A program made the translations under genes and the position numbers. Source: the human T2T-CHM13v2.0 reference genome, Homo sapiens. Taken from it: DNA of 64,000 bases. Positions 28,996 to 42,600 of this stretch are shown one piece after another. Below the pieces are notes generated by a model. The model searched no databases. It saw nothing but the letters and a program-made list of their open reading frames with translations, and had not been told where the DNA came from. The stretch is taken from NCBI RefSeq assembly GCF_009914755.1, contig NC_060932.1; one strand, written 5' to 3'. Numbering within the stretch: the first letter of the stretch is position 1; each line of letters starts with the position of its first letter.

Positions 28996-29534
28996 CGTCA
29001 TTTGAATGGTGATGAGCACAAACAAGGCTTCACTCTTTTACAAGGCAGACTAGCCCTTAGAGCCCATTGGTATCGTCCAGTTTGAATATCCCCACTTCAT
29101 TCCTGGACTGCTCTGAGTGCCAGTTGAGTCAGAAAATCAGCTATGCTGTTAACAGTGGATATGTCGGAAATGCTCCGGCAGTCCTAAAGGCAGGTTTAGA
29201 GGAGTATTTCCGACGAGGAGATTGTGTCTTATGACCTCAGCAGCCCCTGCTTGCATGTCTTTTCTGCCTCTTCATCGCTACATTTTAATGGCTGTTTTCA
29301 AGGCCTTTAGGGTTTGTAAGTGTTTCTTTTCTGCATGAATTCAGCCTTATTACCTTTTATCACAAGCATCACAAGCATCTCTTGTGGTCTCTTACTAATA
29401 GGAAGCGACATACCAGAAAACTCTTCTCTTGGGCGTGAAGGGGGAGTCACAGGCACAAATTATAAGGTTATTAGGACAAAAAAAGTAATATATCAAAATA
29501 AATTGATAATGTTTTACTATAAATGCCTAAAACA

Positions 29535-31310
29535 GCAGACATTTATTAATGTCTTCCATATATCAAGCACTGTGCTTAGGAGTTGCTCTTTATGCACTGA
29601 AGTTATTTAATTTTTTTCAGTAACCATGGTATGTAAATAATATTTTCCTCCCTTTTACAAATGAATAAAGTGTTAACCAAGTGAGTAAGTTACCTATCTG
29701 AGGTCGTAAAAAGCTAGAAATTGGACATTCTGTTTGTATTATTCCATTTGACTTCTCAAAAATACATTCTTATTCTGTTAATAATTGGGCCACTGTTAGA
29801 GGATTTACATGTGATAATAGGAAGCAGTGCTGTCCTTTTGCACTTAATTACCATGGCATGATGGTGCCTTCCTTCCTTGATGCTGCCCTGTGAACCTAGG
29901 TTGGTGGCTGGATTCTTAAGCTAATGTGTTCATTAAAGGATGATGCATGGCTCTGTATGAAGGGGATGAATGGGTTAGAAGACATTCTCAACCTCAGAGA
30001 TGAAAAAAAAAATACAGTTCTATCTATATTGCACTGCTCCAAGGAACTGAAGCTTTATTACATAAAACACACTTTCCTTGGGGATTCTTTTGGGGATGAC
30101 AAATAAGAGAGCTTTTTAGTTTTAATTAAGGAATGCCTCAGCAGCAGTCTTCTAAGTGGTTCAACTACCGTACTGCATTACTTCTCACGAAGCAAGCCAT
30201 CCTCCCTAGGGTGGCCAGAATGATCTTTTATCAACCAGACCTGATCACATAATTCTTGTGTTGAAAACTTTTCAAGAGATCTTAGTTTACATGTCCTTTC
30301 TTTGATCTGAAGTGGACTGGATTGAGCCCATCTGCTGATAGATTTCATAGCCCTGCCTACACACCTGTTCAGAACATTCATTAACCTTTGCTGTAATTGT
30401 CTCCCTAATGGCTTCCTTCCCTGCCTGCTTTGTTTCTTGAGCATCAAAACTTTGTTTTTCTTGTTTCTGGAAGAATTCTGCAGCCAGTATATAGTCTGTA
30501 AAATGTTAGAGGCATTCAATAAATCAATGAATGAAAATGGTTTCAAGTAATGGTGAAAAGTTGTTTTTTCTTCTTTTTTTTAAAAATATCATTACGTATG
30601 CATAGATTAATCATTCATTTAGTCATCTAAAATACGTTAAATATATACTCTGAAATACGGAGGGTGCAGAATTAAGAAAGCCCTTGATCTGGTCCCCATG
30701 CGCACAATCAGGTGTGGAGACAGCACTAATACCTGTGGTGAGCGTCGTGGAAGCATTGCACAAATGTACCTGTCATGGACAGAACTGGGTATTGTTTTAA
30801 ACAAATCTGCATTACTGTACATTTGAGTTAGATCCATTTTAGAGTGGTTTTGCTTATTTTATATACTCTTAGAATTTACTGACTTAATATTTCTCATACC
30901 CTACAACCACAGATCAGTTTTGGTGCCTATTCTAGTGGGCAGGCACCTGATTATACAGGTAAAAGAGGTGGAACATGGCAAAGAACACGAGAGAGTGCAG
31001 TTGTGGTTGGGAAGGGTAGGTATTTTCAGTGTCTTTTTTTGGTGTCATTGTGATGTGCATACGGGAAATATAATGACAATACATGTAGGTAATACCAGTA
31101 TCTTCTATGAGGCATTGTTTGTATTTGTTTTCTGTTTTAGCTCCTTAACAACAGTCCTGCATATTAAGCATATTATTATGTATATTTTGTCAATAAAGAA
31201 ACAGAATGTCAGAAATTAATTTTGCTAAAGTTACGCGGCTGCTAAGTGGTGGAGCTGTAATTTAAATCCACTTCTGCCTATTCTTGAGTCAGTCTTTCTC
31301 CTAATCCACC
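29535..31310. mobile_element. Scattered MIR and L2 fragments
   Basis: MIR at ~29540-29720 and ~31110-31310. L2 at ~30135-30535 ending ggcattcaataaatcaatgaatgaa. Confidence 0.55.
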
Positions 31311-34300
31311 TTAATGCTATTAAAACTCCTGATAGACTTGGCTACATGTGTATATGTTCTTTTATCTACACAAAATGCAAATTGCAACACTTTTCTTATC
31401 TGGAACTTGGTCTTTCATTTTAATTTCCTCTTTTTGGAGATATAAAATCTTAGATACGGGATATAGCCAGCAAGCAGCATTTTTGTATGACACATTATCT
31501 ACAAATCTCAGTTTGTTCTTTCATTGCATTTTTTAAGTTATTCATTTTCACTCTAGAAGCATCAGAATGTTTTAAAGGCGTTTATCTTATTTACTTTCTC
31601 TTTCTGAGTTTTTAACCCTGCCAGGAGGGAGGAGGTTGCTCTGAATTTTTTTTGATCAAAGAGACTTTTTATATCATGTGACAATGAAAACTATTTTTAA
31701 GCAATTCCATTTTTTCTTTATCTGGTCATTCCTGTGCTAGAGTTCTTACCCCCTTCTAACCCCACAAAATTAAAAATAAAATATGAAGTTGTTTTGAGAC
31801 ATTTAAAATAAAGTTTCCAGTTGTTAGCCTATAACAGTTACAGTTTACAGTTGCAAGTTTATAGGAGTTAAGACTATATAATGGCTATAATTACCTTCAG
31901 GAGTTTAAAATGGAAAATCATGTTTTCCTGTTTAGTGATTTTTTCATATCATTAATTGAAGAAAGTATATCACTCATCCCAGAAAATCACTGCAGCTGCT
32001 GATAGACTTAGCCCCCAAAACATGGATTTCAAGAGGAGATGAAAGTTTAGCTCAGAGGTCAGAGGTCAGTGAGAGAAAATTCAGTTCATTGTGAGGTGTC
32101 ATAAGCCAGGATTTGGTAGTTTGGTTCTTTTTTTTTTTTGTAACTAAAGTGGTTAGAAGTAATAGAGTGGAGCACGTACTGTGCTTCATATTGTGTCTCT
32201 TAAAGTTTTTTGTTTCCAAAGAATAGAAACTGACTTTGGCCAAACAACAAAACAAATTTATCAGAAGGATTTGAGGAACTCCTAGGGCTGATGGAAGACA
32301 ATGGAAGTAGTTTTTTAAATGCGAGAACAGAGGCTACTCTGAAGAGGAATTATCTGGAAAGGAAGCAGAAGTTCACCTTACTCTCTTCAGGGAAGGCAGT
32401 TAGCTCTTAACTATGGGCCTTGGCTGGGCTGGGTGGGAAGAGGCAGGGAGCTCTGAAGATACTTCCTAGAAGAAATGAAAAATAAAGCTCAGAAAACTTG
32501 TGGTTTAGTTAAGGTCACTCAACTAGTTTATGACAAAAACCAAAAGAGATCTCACATCTGCTGATGGTTTAAGATTCTTTTATGTATTCATTTCTTCATC
32601 TGGTACTTGCCACACTCCAGGTGCTCTGCTGAGGGCTGGCATTTAGCCACGAGTAAGACAGATCTAAACAATTTATGGTAAATGCTACAAAGTAGTATAG
32701 GGTGAATGCTTTTGAAAGATGAGTAAAATGATTAACTAGGAATTAGTGGAACCTTATATTAAGTATATCGTGCTTGAATTAAATATTCTCACTAAAGGAT
32801 GTGGTGACCATTGTTTTAGCCAAAAAACATGGACCTTTTATCAGATACAGATTCAGTACCTACTTGTTCTACTTAACTTGATAGGGAAAAAAATGACCCT
32901 CCTGCATTTGTTTCCTTCCTTTGAAGATTAATTAAGATGGTATATTGAAAAGTGCCTCAACTGTGTCTGCTGTTTGGTAGGCTCTCAATAAATGCTGGTT
33001 CCCATCTCCTCCTGCCTTTAAACCATAGCTAGAACAGTTTATGGTTGAAAGATATTTAACTTATAAAACAAACAGAAGCAAAATAGCTGAATTCTGAGCT
33101 CTTTTTCTTTATTCTGTTATGTTTTCTTAGAATTTAAGGTCTTCAGACATATCCAGTTGGTGACCCTTCAGCGTACATAAAGGCAGGATGCTTTGGCATT
33201 CAGACTTTTAAAAGGCTACATAAAATACCAGTCATGATATGGATCATGTTTTAGACAAAGTTTTTTTCTTTTAGCGTATTGTTTCTATGAGTTGCAAAAA
33301 TTATTTCCTGAAGAATCAAATGTAGCTATTTGTCTGACAAACAAGAAACTTAAAAGGTATCAAAGAATGCTTAAGATATCTGAATACATTTGAAAGAACA
33401 CGAATTAATTCAACAGATTTGAGCTGGAAGTAAGATTAGAGGAAAAGAAACATAAAGTCATACTATATTTTTTACCTATTGTTTAGTAAGATTTATAACT
33501 TTTTACCAGTTATCCAAAAATGTAGCTTATCGATTTTTTTTTTCTCTAGCTCGCAGAAAAGTTTGAGTGTAGGGATTTTTTGTTCTTCTTCTTTCATAGA
33601 TATCATATAGTAGAATTTTCTTTAATGTCTTACATTTAGTCTCAGAGAAGTCTTGTCCTTGCAAAATGACCTTGTAATCACAAGAAGACATTTTCATATG
33701 CTGTTGTATAGTAATTCTCGCTTTTTGCACTCTTCGGTCCTTGGCCTTATAACGTATGAATTCTTTCACTGAATTCACACTGTCACATCTTGCACTTTTT
33801 GCACGCATTATTGAAGCCTTTTAATTTGCTTCACTCTGCTAACATAGGTAGTTGCAAGACCTGTAGAGGATTTTAAAACCACTTTAAAAAATACATATAT
33901 TTTTATTCCTGACATCTTGTTGAGATATTCTTGTTTAAGTTGTTTAACCTTAATAATATTTGACACTAAGTCATCAGAACAGAACAGTCACAGGGCATTG
34001 CCATTAGGTGCAGTTTTGTCTCTTTCCGAGCTATGAATCTTCCTGCTACTGCCCTATATAAATGTCTCCCTAGACTTCCCAGTCCTGTCATAAAGGAACT
34101 TAGCATAGCGTTAAAAGTCCTTCCCAATCTGTCTACCTTTTCACTTTATCACCAGATACTCTCCCCTTGTACCTTCATGCCTTTGTCTCACTGCTGTTCT
34201 TTATTCTTTGAGAACATGGATATATCTATGAAGTTTTGCCAATGCTGTTCCCTATGCATAGGATACCCCTCCACATATCCAAGCCCATTTGTTTGGGCTC

Positions 34301-34734
34301 TGCTAGAATACTACTCATTCTGAAGTTTCCCTTGATTTTTTGACCTAGAAGTGTTTGTCTTCTATATATATTGTAATATTTTATTTGTACTTTTTATAAA
34401 AGTGCTTACAATTTAAATTTATACTTTACATTGTGAGTATCCACATGTAGTCTTTATTAAATCTTATGTTTCTTGAGAATAGGGTCGGCATCATATTACA
34501 CAGTAACATAACTACCGTTTATTGAGCTCAGCGATGCCTGTCTCCAAAGTCCGTGTGTGCTTTTTCCAACCCGTCGAGCTGCTGCTTAGAATTATTATGT
34601 GTTAGGGAACATTGAGAGCATGTTGTAAGCACTCGGTAAATTCTGTTCAATGAAAGAATAAATGTCTCAATTTCAGTGGCATCTCTTTCTGCTGATCACC
34701 TCTTTTCCACTTCCTTTTTGTTTTTTAGGTGTAT

Positions 34735-34945
34735 TCTAGATGTATTCTGTAGTAACCTCTAGCCACATGAGGCAATTTAAATTGAAATTAATCAGAATGA
34801 AATAAAACTAAGAATTCACATCTTCGGTCACACTAGTCACCTTTCAAGTGCTCACTAGCCACGCATGTGGCCAGTGGCTGCTATATTTGACTGCACAGAC
34901 ATAGAGCATTTTTGTGATCATAGAAAGTTATCTTGGACAGTGCTG
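34735..34945 (-). mobile_element. MER3 hAT-Charlie element
   Basis: tagccacatg...tttcaagtgctcactagcc...agaaagttatcttggacagtgctg. Confidence 0.8.
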
Positions 34946-35449
34946 GTCTTCATGTTTTGATTGCCATCAAGGTCATCACTGCACATCTGTGGTATGACTG
35001 TGTGATGTACTTTTAGGACAGGAATAACATAGTAGACAAAAGCGTCATACAGAAATATACTTGTGTATAATATAATAAAACACTTTTCAATGTTAGGTTA
35101 TTCCAGAAGTACATTTTTCTGTAGACCTTGGGCACATGCACAGTTCTCTTAACTGCTTTAGGGAAACTGCTTTATCCAGTTGCTACTGTCACGGCACTAT
35201 GGAGGGAAGCCAACATATTTTTTCCCTGAAGCTTTGAGCTTAAGAGAGCTAGCCAGGCTACAAAAGGCCTAACTCTGTAGCCTTGGTTTAGTTGGAAAAG
35301 TTCCCTGTAATGACCCTTGTTCTGTAACTTACATCTGAGGATTAAACGTGGCCTCCTGCGTTGGAATTGCCTTGGGACCCTTGAAATGGTCACACTGACA
35401 CAGGAGTAGCTCTTTCATGTTCTGAAAGTTTTTTTGTTTTTTTTTTTTC

Positions 35450-35640
35450 TTCCCCCATGAACTCATTTAGTTCCACCTCAGCTAGTGAGGTAGTAGGTGA
35501 TCTTCATGTTACAGATGCGAAGCTGAGTCTCGGAGAGGTTAAGTAACTCACCCAAATAAACCCAAAGTATAAGTTATGATAGTAGAGTTCTGGAACCTCC
35601 AACTTCAGGTTCAAAATTCTTGTAATTTTACCACGTCCAT
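35450..35640 (-). mobile_element. MIR
   Basis: ttacagatgcgaagctgagtctcggagaggttaagtaact. Confidence 0.7.
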
Positions 35641-37099
35641 ACCCTTGTCAATGGTAGGACTGCCACAATTGATTGGTTTTCTGAGTCAAGAGAATTTGGA
35701 GTTACTATAAGGATACTTTAGTCTTTTTTTGTGATCAGCATATTTAATTCTAGTTATATTCATATTTAAATTTGTATTACCTCTTATTAGCTCTCATAAA
35801 TATGTAGAACTGAAGGGTGCAGTAAGTTAGAGTTTGTTATGTGTGGTTTCCAGAAATGACACTTGAGGTCTGCTGTTAATCACAACTCTAGAGGTAGACC
35901 TCAGCTTGCCTAAGCGATTGTCAAGGGGACCGAGAGCCTTCTGACTTGCTTTTTGCTTTTTTCTCAGTGTCATACTGTAAGTAAGTGCTGGCCTGTGATT
36001 TGAATGTATGTTTTTATTAGTTTTTATTACTTCATGTCTCACTAAATTAAGCTCCTCTTTCCATATCATTATTAATTTTGACTCTCTTACTGCAGGTGTC
36101 AAAAAGCTAGACAGTTGTGCTTGTCTGGAGGCTGTAGGTTAATATGCTGTTCTGGGAGTGCCAAAGCAAAAACAGGTGACAAAATAGCTCGTTTAAACGG
36201 TCACTTAGGGCTATTTTTGCATTTTCCTCTAAGGAACTTAATTTTACGTTCATTTTATGCCTCCTGTTTTGGCTTCATTTGTTCCCAAGCTTGAAATCAT
36301 GGAATTTAACTTGGCTGGTTGTAGCATTTGTATGTAATACCTGTAATACAGTTTCTTTGTCAGAGGCATAATTAACAATATGATTTGTACATCTACTGCC
36401 TTCTGGTATTCACAACAGAGTTTGTAAACTTAATTAGTTCTTGGAATAGCAAATGTTTTGAAGATGATAAACACTTTCCCTCTGAATAATGTGTTGAATG
36501 GTTATATATTCATAGAAATTTACTCTATGCTACTCAAATTAGAATGCTGATAGGTATGCTTCTCAAGGTAAACATCACCTGCAGTTGCATATTCCCAGAT
36601 TATATTGTCTTCCTGTGCATTTCACAGGGGAAATCAGACATTTAGCTCAGATAATTTAGCCTCCAGGAATATTCATTGTGGCTTCATTGTAGAGAGAACA
36701 TCTATGCTAATGTCATTACATAGATGCCATTTTCTCAAACTTTGATGGTGATCATGATGATATATAGTAGGGGAGGAGTGGGTAATAACCAGGCACACCA
36801 CTATAGCAGTACTTCACTTATTCTCTGCTCTCAGCTCTTCAAGATGTAGTCGAGACCAAAGAAGTAGCAAGAAAGCACTCTCAGCAGCTCAAAGAGATGC
36901 TGCAAAAAAATATGCTGATGCCCAGGAAAGCTTGTCTCGCCTTTTCTTTAGGGCCTTATTAACCATCAGTACATCACAGTTCTTAAAAAGTTTAGCTATT
37001 TGGTTTTCCAAAAAGCAATATTGAAGTAGAGGGAACAAATTAGAAAGACCTCAATGCCATTAGATTAGTGTTTTTCAACCCTAAGAGTTGGAGATGGGT

Positions 37100-37230
37100 C
37101 ATACATGCCTGCGTTTTCCCCCATTTTTATGCATGGAGAAACTAGAGCTCAGTGAGGCCAAGTGATTTGCCAGAGGTTCTCTAGTGCTGAGGCTTGGTCT
37201 GTCCTCCAAAACCTTGGCCTGTCTACCACT
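37100..37230 (-). mobile_element. MIR
   Basis: ggagaaactagagctcagtgaggccaagtgatttgcc. Confidence 0.6.
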
Positions 37231-37372
37231 TCCCTGCCCTGCTTGTGGTCCCTTGGGACCCTTGAGAGCTCTCCTTCAGGGCTAGCGTAGTCTCTGGCAC
37301 ATTGTACTTAAGACCTCCCGCCTGCTGATTCCCAGGTACTTTCCACTATACTTCAGGAATTTACCAAGAGGG

Positions 37373-37940
37373 TGTATCAATCAGGTAAACAGAAATCATG
37401 CCAGATATTTTAGCAGAGAGGATTGAATAGCAGGAATTGGTTAGACAGGTGCTGGTTGACCCAAAAAGCGAATGGGGAGTACTGAAGTGATACAGAAATA
37501 GTAACAAAAGGTTAGCAGCAAGCCATCACCCTCAAGGCTGGAGGAGCAAAAGAAGTAATTTGGAGGAAGTAGGACCAAGACCCTGTTAGTATTGTTACCT
37601 CAGGAGCTTGAAGAGGGTCCTCACAGGGCTGGGACTCAGACCTCCGAGAAATGGGTCCTGGCTTGCTGAGGAGGTATGGTGAGCGTGCTTCTGGGAATGT
37701 AGGGTAAAAAAATCACTGTAACTGCTAGAGTTTAGAACCATCACTCTGATCTGCTGCCAGGAACTGGAAACACAGTGGGAAGGAACAAGTCCCCTACCTC
37801 ACATTCCCGATTCGCAGAACCTCATAGGGAGCCACTGGCAGAGGAGAAATGAGGTTTTCCAAATCTCTACCCAGCATTCCAGGACAGCGTATAGGCGGGT
37901 AGGTGTGGAGCTAAGAGACCATAGCTTAATAACTGGCATA
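37373..37940 (-). mobile_element. ERVL-class solo LTR (LTR67B/LTR41-like; family from memory)
   Basis: tgtatcaatcagg...ggagctaagagaccatagcttaataactggcata. 5-bp TSD gaggg / gatgg. Confidence 0.7.
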
Positions 37941-38197
37941 GATGGCTTGTTTGTGGAAATGAAAGATGACTTCCACTTTTGTTAATTCAAACCTTGAGTA
38001 TTCTTAAACGTTCATCAAGTCTCACCATGCTTTTTCATGAAGAATATCATCATTTATTCACTTGTATTCACTCAACAAAAATTTCAGAATGTGTGTTCTA
38101 TTCAAGGTGCAAAACTAGTGACTGGGGATAAGATGATGAATAACACAGTTTTACCTGTCAAGCTAGTCAGCAGGACAGATGATAAAAATGTGTGTAA

Positions 38198-38569
<372 letters not shown>

Positions 38570-38834
38570 GAACTTAAAAATATTTTAAAGACAGTTAGTT
38601 CCATCCTTGGTCAAATTTATTGTTAGAATCTTCAACTCAGTAATTTGTACTGGACCTCTTTTCTCTATAATTTCTATCTTTGGTCCTAATTGTACCATTG
38701 TTTTTTTTTACTGACAAATCTAACCCTTTTTTTACATAATATACAAAACTACTTTTGTTATAAGTTTGATTCTCTCCTGAATCATTTATCCTGTAGGATA
38801 AACATTTTCGTTTATTTCAGCTGGCTTTCCTAGG

Positions 38835-39010
38835 CAGTGCTCTTCAACTTTTTTCTATTATTGCCTCTTTTATGGAGCCTTTTAGACATCTTTTTTCCTA
38901 ATTATCTGCCCGCCCCAAATAAATAGACTGCAGATATATTCTATATTTGTTTATGTATCATGGACCTTTGGTGAGCTGGCAACCGTAGTTCCTATAATTA
39001 TTGGCAAATT
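38835..39010 (+). mobile_element. MER106-like hAT fragment
   Basis: cagtgctcttcaactttttt...ggagccttttagacatc. Confidence 0.5.
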
Positions 39011-41827
39011 CTTCAAACGGATCTAGTGGAATGCTTTTCTAGATTCCTGGCCCTGTTATTAGTCTTAGTGTTAGTATCTTAGCTAGTCATGTGTAATAAA
39101 GATCAACGAATTATTCCACCTCCTGTTTTTAAGATGAGAATAGAAGACAGTCAGATATCCATCTAAGGTACTTATTGTTAGTTTTAGTCAAAGTAAAGGT
39201 CTGTATTTATTCTTTGATTCTGTCTCATTTGCCCAGACAGGCAATGTGAAATGACTAGGAATCTGTATATTCAGCCCTAAAGTAGATCAGTCTGTTTTCA
39301 GTAGATTTGGCAAGTGGAACCCTCTAGAATGCGTAATTTTTTAACTAAACACTTTATGGTCGAAGGACAAAATGAAAACAAATGCCATTGACTGGCCATG
39401 GTGTACTTATTTTTTTTTTAACGAAATCCCTACGTTTTTAACGTGTAACTTGCTTCAGCATGTGAATGTCTGCATTTAACTTGACAACCTCCCTTAAAGG
39501 AAACCCCCAGTGGGAATGTCCTCTGTGAAGAGATAGCATCTGACTCTAGGCGGAGCAATATGTAAAATGTGACTGGAGAGTGACCTAGTATGCATAACAC
39601 TCCCTGTCTTTAAATTGATATGAGAAGACAGGTCTCATTTTCAGTAATTCTGTAGCTCTATGCTGAGATATTTCATTTCCACAGAGGCTGTGACTATTAA
39701 AGTCTGTGCAAACTGATTTTTCATCAGTGTCTTAATTTTCTATCATGAGTAAATCTAAGTGACAGGATGTATATTTCTGCTGTAATTGTGTTTTGCTTTT
39801 AAAAAGTGTTTTATGCCTGTTTGGCCGTTTTCAGTTGGCTTAGAAAAAAACATTGAGTATGAGTAGAATTCTTTATATAAAAGTGACCCCCTTTAATATC
39901 ATCATACGGAAAATATGATTTAATGTCTTAAGTTTCTTTTCCCGCCCTGAATTTACTCTGAGCCTTTACTGTGTAAATAGGGACTGGTTCAGAAACTGAT
40001 GTAAAAATGTATGGACATAGAATGATAAATCCTATTTTGAATTTATTTTAAATAGTGTCAGTGTGTTATGGTACATCTAACCAACAGAAAATATTCGTTT
40101 TTTGTTCTATTAGATATGAAAGTAATAGAGAATAAGGTGCTTGTATTATATGGTTGTTATAGAATATCATTAGTACAGTCATATTTCTATCTCAAAGTGT
40201 GATAATGCCAGCGGGATAAATGAGAAAGACATTGAATCTTCACACAAAGGAAATGGGTTTTATAATGAGTGCAGTCTGAACAGAACTAATCTCTTTCTTG
40301 GATCATTACTTCACCTAATCATAAAACCTTTTTTAATTCAGATCCTTGCAGGATTCTAATTGGTGACCTCTGGAGCCTGATAATTGTTTAAGGTAGCTGG
40401 TCTTTTGCAGTATACTTAATGATGTTTGCAATTAAAAGTGAGAAATGTGATTTAACCCATAGGTGTAAATAAAAATGTAGATTTTCCTTTTTCAGTCTTT
40501 AATAGTTACTCCCATCCCCTCCTTCCCAAAGTTAGTGACTTAAGTCATTACTAACTTGAATTAGTCCGGTGCACTGGTTACCTCGTTTAGTCTGTGGACT
40601 TACTATTTATTTGATAAATGCATTGGGTTATATTAAGAATAATCCTCAATTATTTAGAATAGCTAAGGGACTGGTCTGTTTGGGAAGACAGGAACTCCTA
40701 GCCTCTTTTTTCCTGTTGTTTAGGTATACTTTCCTGCTTGTCATTTTTGATTTAAGTAAAAACTTAGCCAGTCTTTCTAGCCAGTTTCCGTAAATATTTA
40801 TTTCAGAACTTTCCTGACTACCAGATAAAAATGAGTCATTAGAAGAGAAACTCACCAGTATTCACCATTGGGACCAATAAATCTGTAGGTGAACCTCAAT
40901 CTCAGTCATTTGTTGTCCTCACCACTGTGCATAATAGCATGATATAATTTAGTTTGTACTATTGTACATTTATGATGTTTTTATGTTCCTCTTTTACATA
41001 TCTTAGTAAATGGGGGTCATTAAATGAATACAATTGACTATCCCAATAGAATTCCATATATTTGTTGGAGGTGAAACTTAATTTGTTTCATTGACTTGTT
41101 TCTTGGAAGGTTTTATTTTGTTTTGAAGCCAGCTCTTGTAATTTGGTATCTGGGGAAACAAGCAAAACCTTTGAGAGTCGGACAATGCTGGAACCGAACT
41201 TTAGTTCTGCCATTTATTAGGTGTGGGAAAAAGGGAGTGGTAATTTCTGTCCCGGCACTCTGAGAAGTTATGAGGACTGAATGTTTATAAAGCCTCCAGT
41301 ATAGAGTCTAGAATATGATAATTATTCAACTTGTTAGATTCCTTCTACCAGTTTTAGGGAACATCCCATCTTCAATTTCTACTCTTTGGTCCTTATTGTT
41401 TTAAAATTTTAACAAACCTATGAAATTTACGCATGTATTTAAAATTGTTAGAATATAGTACCAAAATCCAGTAACCTACTCATTTGTGAAGACCTTTGAG
41501 TATTTCCTCTTGTTTAAGGATACATTTATCTCATTGAAGCATTGAATGACTATGTCTTATCTTTGTGTTTCTCTTTCCTGTCATAATGCCTTTCATTTTG
41601 TGAATGACTATGTATAATTAAGGAGAAATTAATGTGACAAATGCTACACTGGTAGCATTAGTTTTCTTAAGAATTGTACAAAATTTTAATAATTCTGAGT
41701 AGTGTTTGGAATTTTTAAATGTATCTGGATTTGGTTCTCTGGAATCATTTTGGTGTCACAAATTCTTCTTGAAATCCATTCTATAAGATAAGAGCTATTG
41801 AGAGATAAACTTAGGTACATTGAAATT

Positions 41828-42130
41828 TTCTTTCCCCCCCCCTTTTTTTTTTTTTTTTTTGCTTAAAGACCTGAGTCTCTCTCTCTGTGCAGGCTGGAGC
41901 GCAGTAGTGCAGGCATAGGTCACTACAGCCTTGACCTCCTGGGCTCAAGCGATTCTCCTGCCTCAGCTTCCAGAGTAGCTGGGACTACAGGCATGCACTA
42001 CCATGCCTAATTATTTTTATTTTTTGTAGAGACATTGTTCAGGCTGTCTTGAACTCCTGGGATCAAGTGACCCTCTTTCCTTAGCCTCTCAAAGTACTGT
42101 AATTACAGGTGTTAGCCACAGTGCCTGGCT
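41828..42130 (-). mobile_element. AluJ
   Basis: cactacagccttgacctcctgggctcaagcg. 15-bp TSD agg(t/c)aca(t/c)tgaaatt at 41813 and 42131. Confidence 0.9.
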
Positions 42131-42303
42131 AGGCACACTGAAATTGTAATGCCTTTATTTGAGCAGACATGAATTGGGCAGCGTCAGAGCTCAAGTGGTT
42201 CAGCGAAGGAGAGTGAGGGCAGAACTTTTATAAAATGTTTGTAGAAACAAGATGAAGAAAATATTTGATTGGTTAAAGTGGAAAGTCCCTAGTTAGAGGA
42301 TAG

Positions 42304-42600
<297 letters not shown>

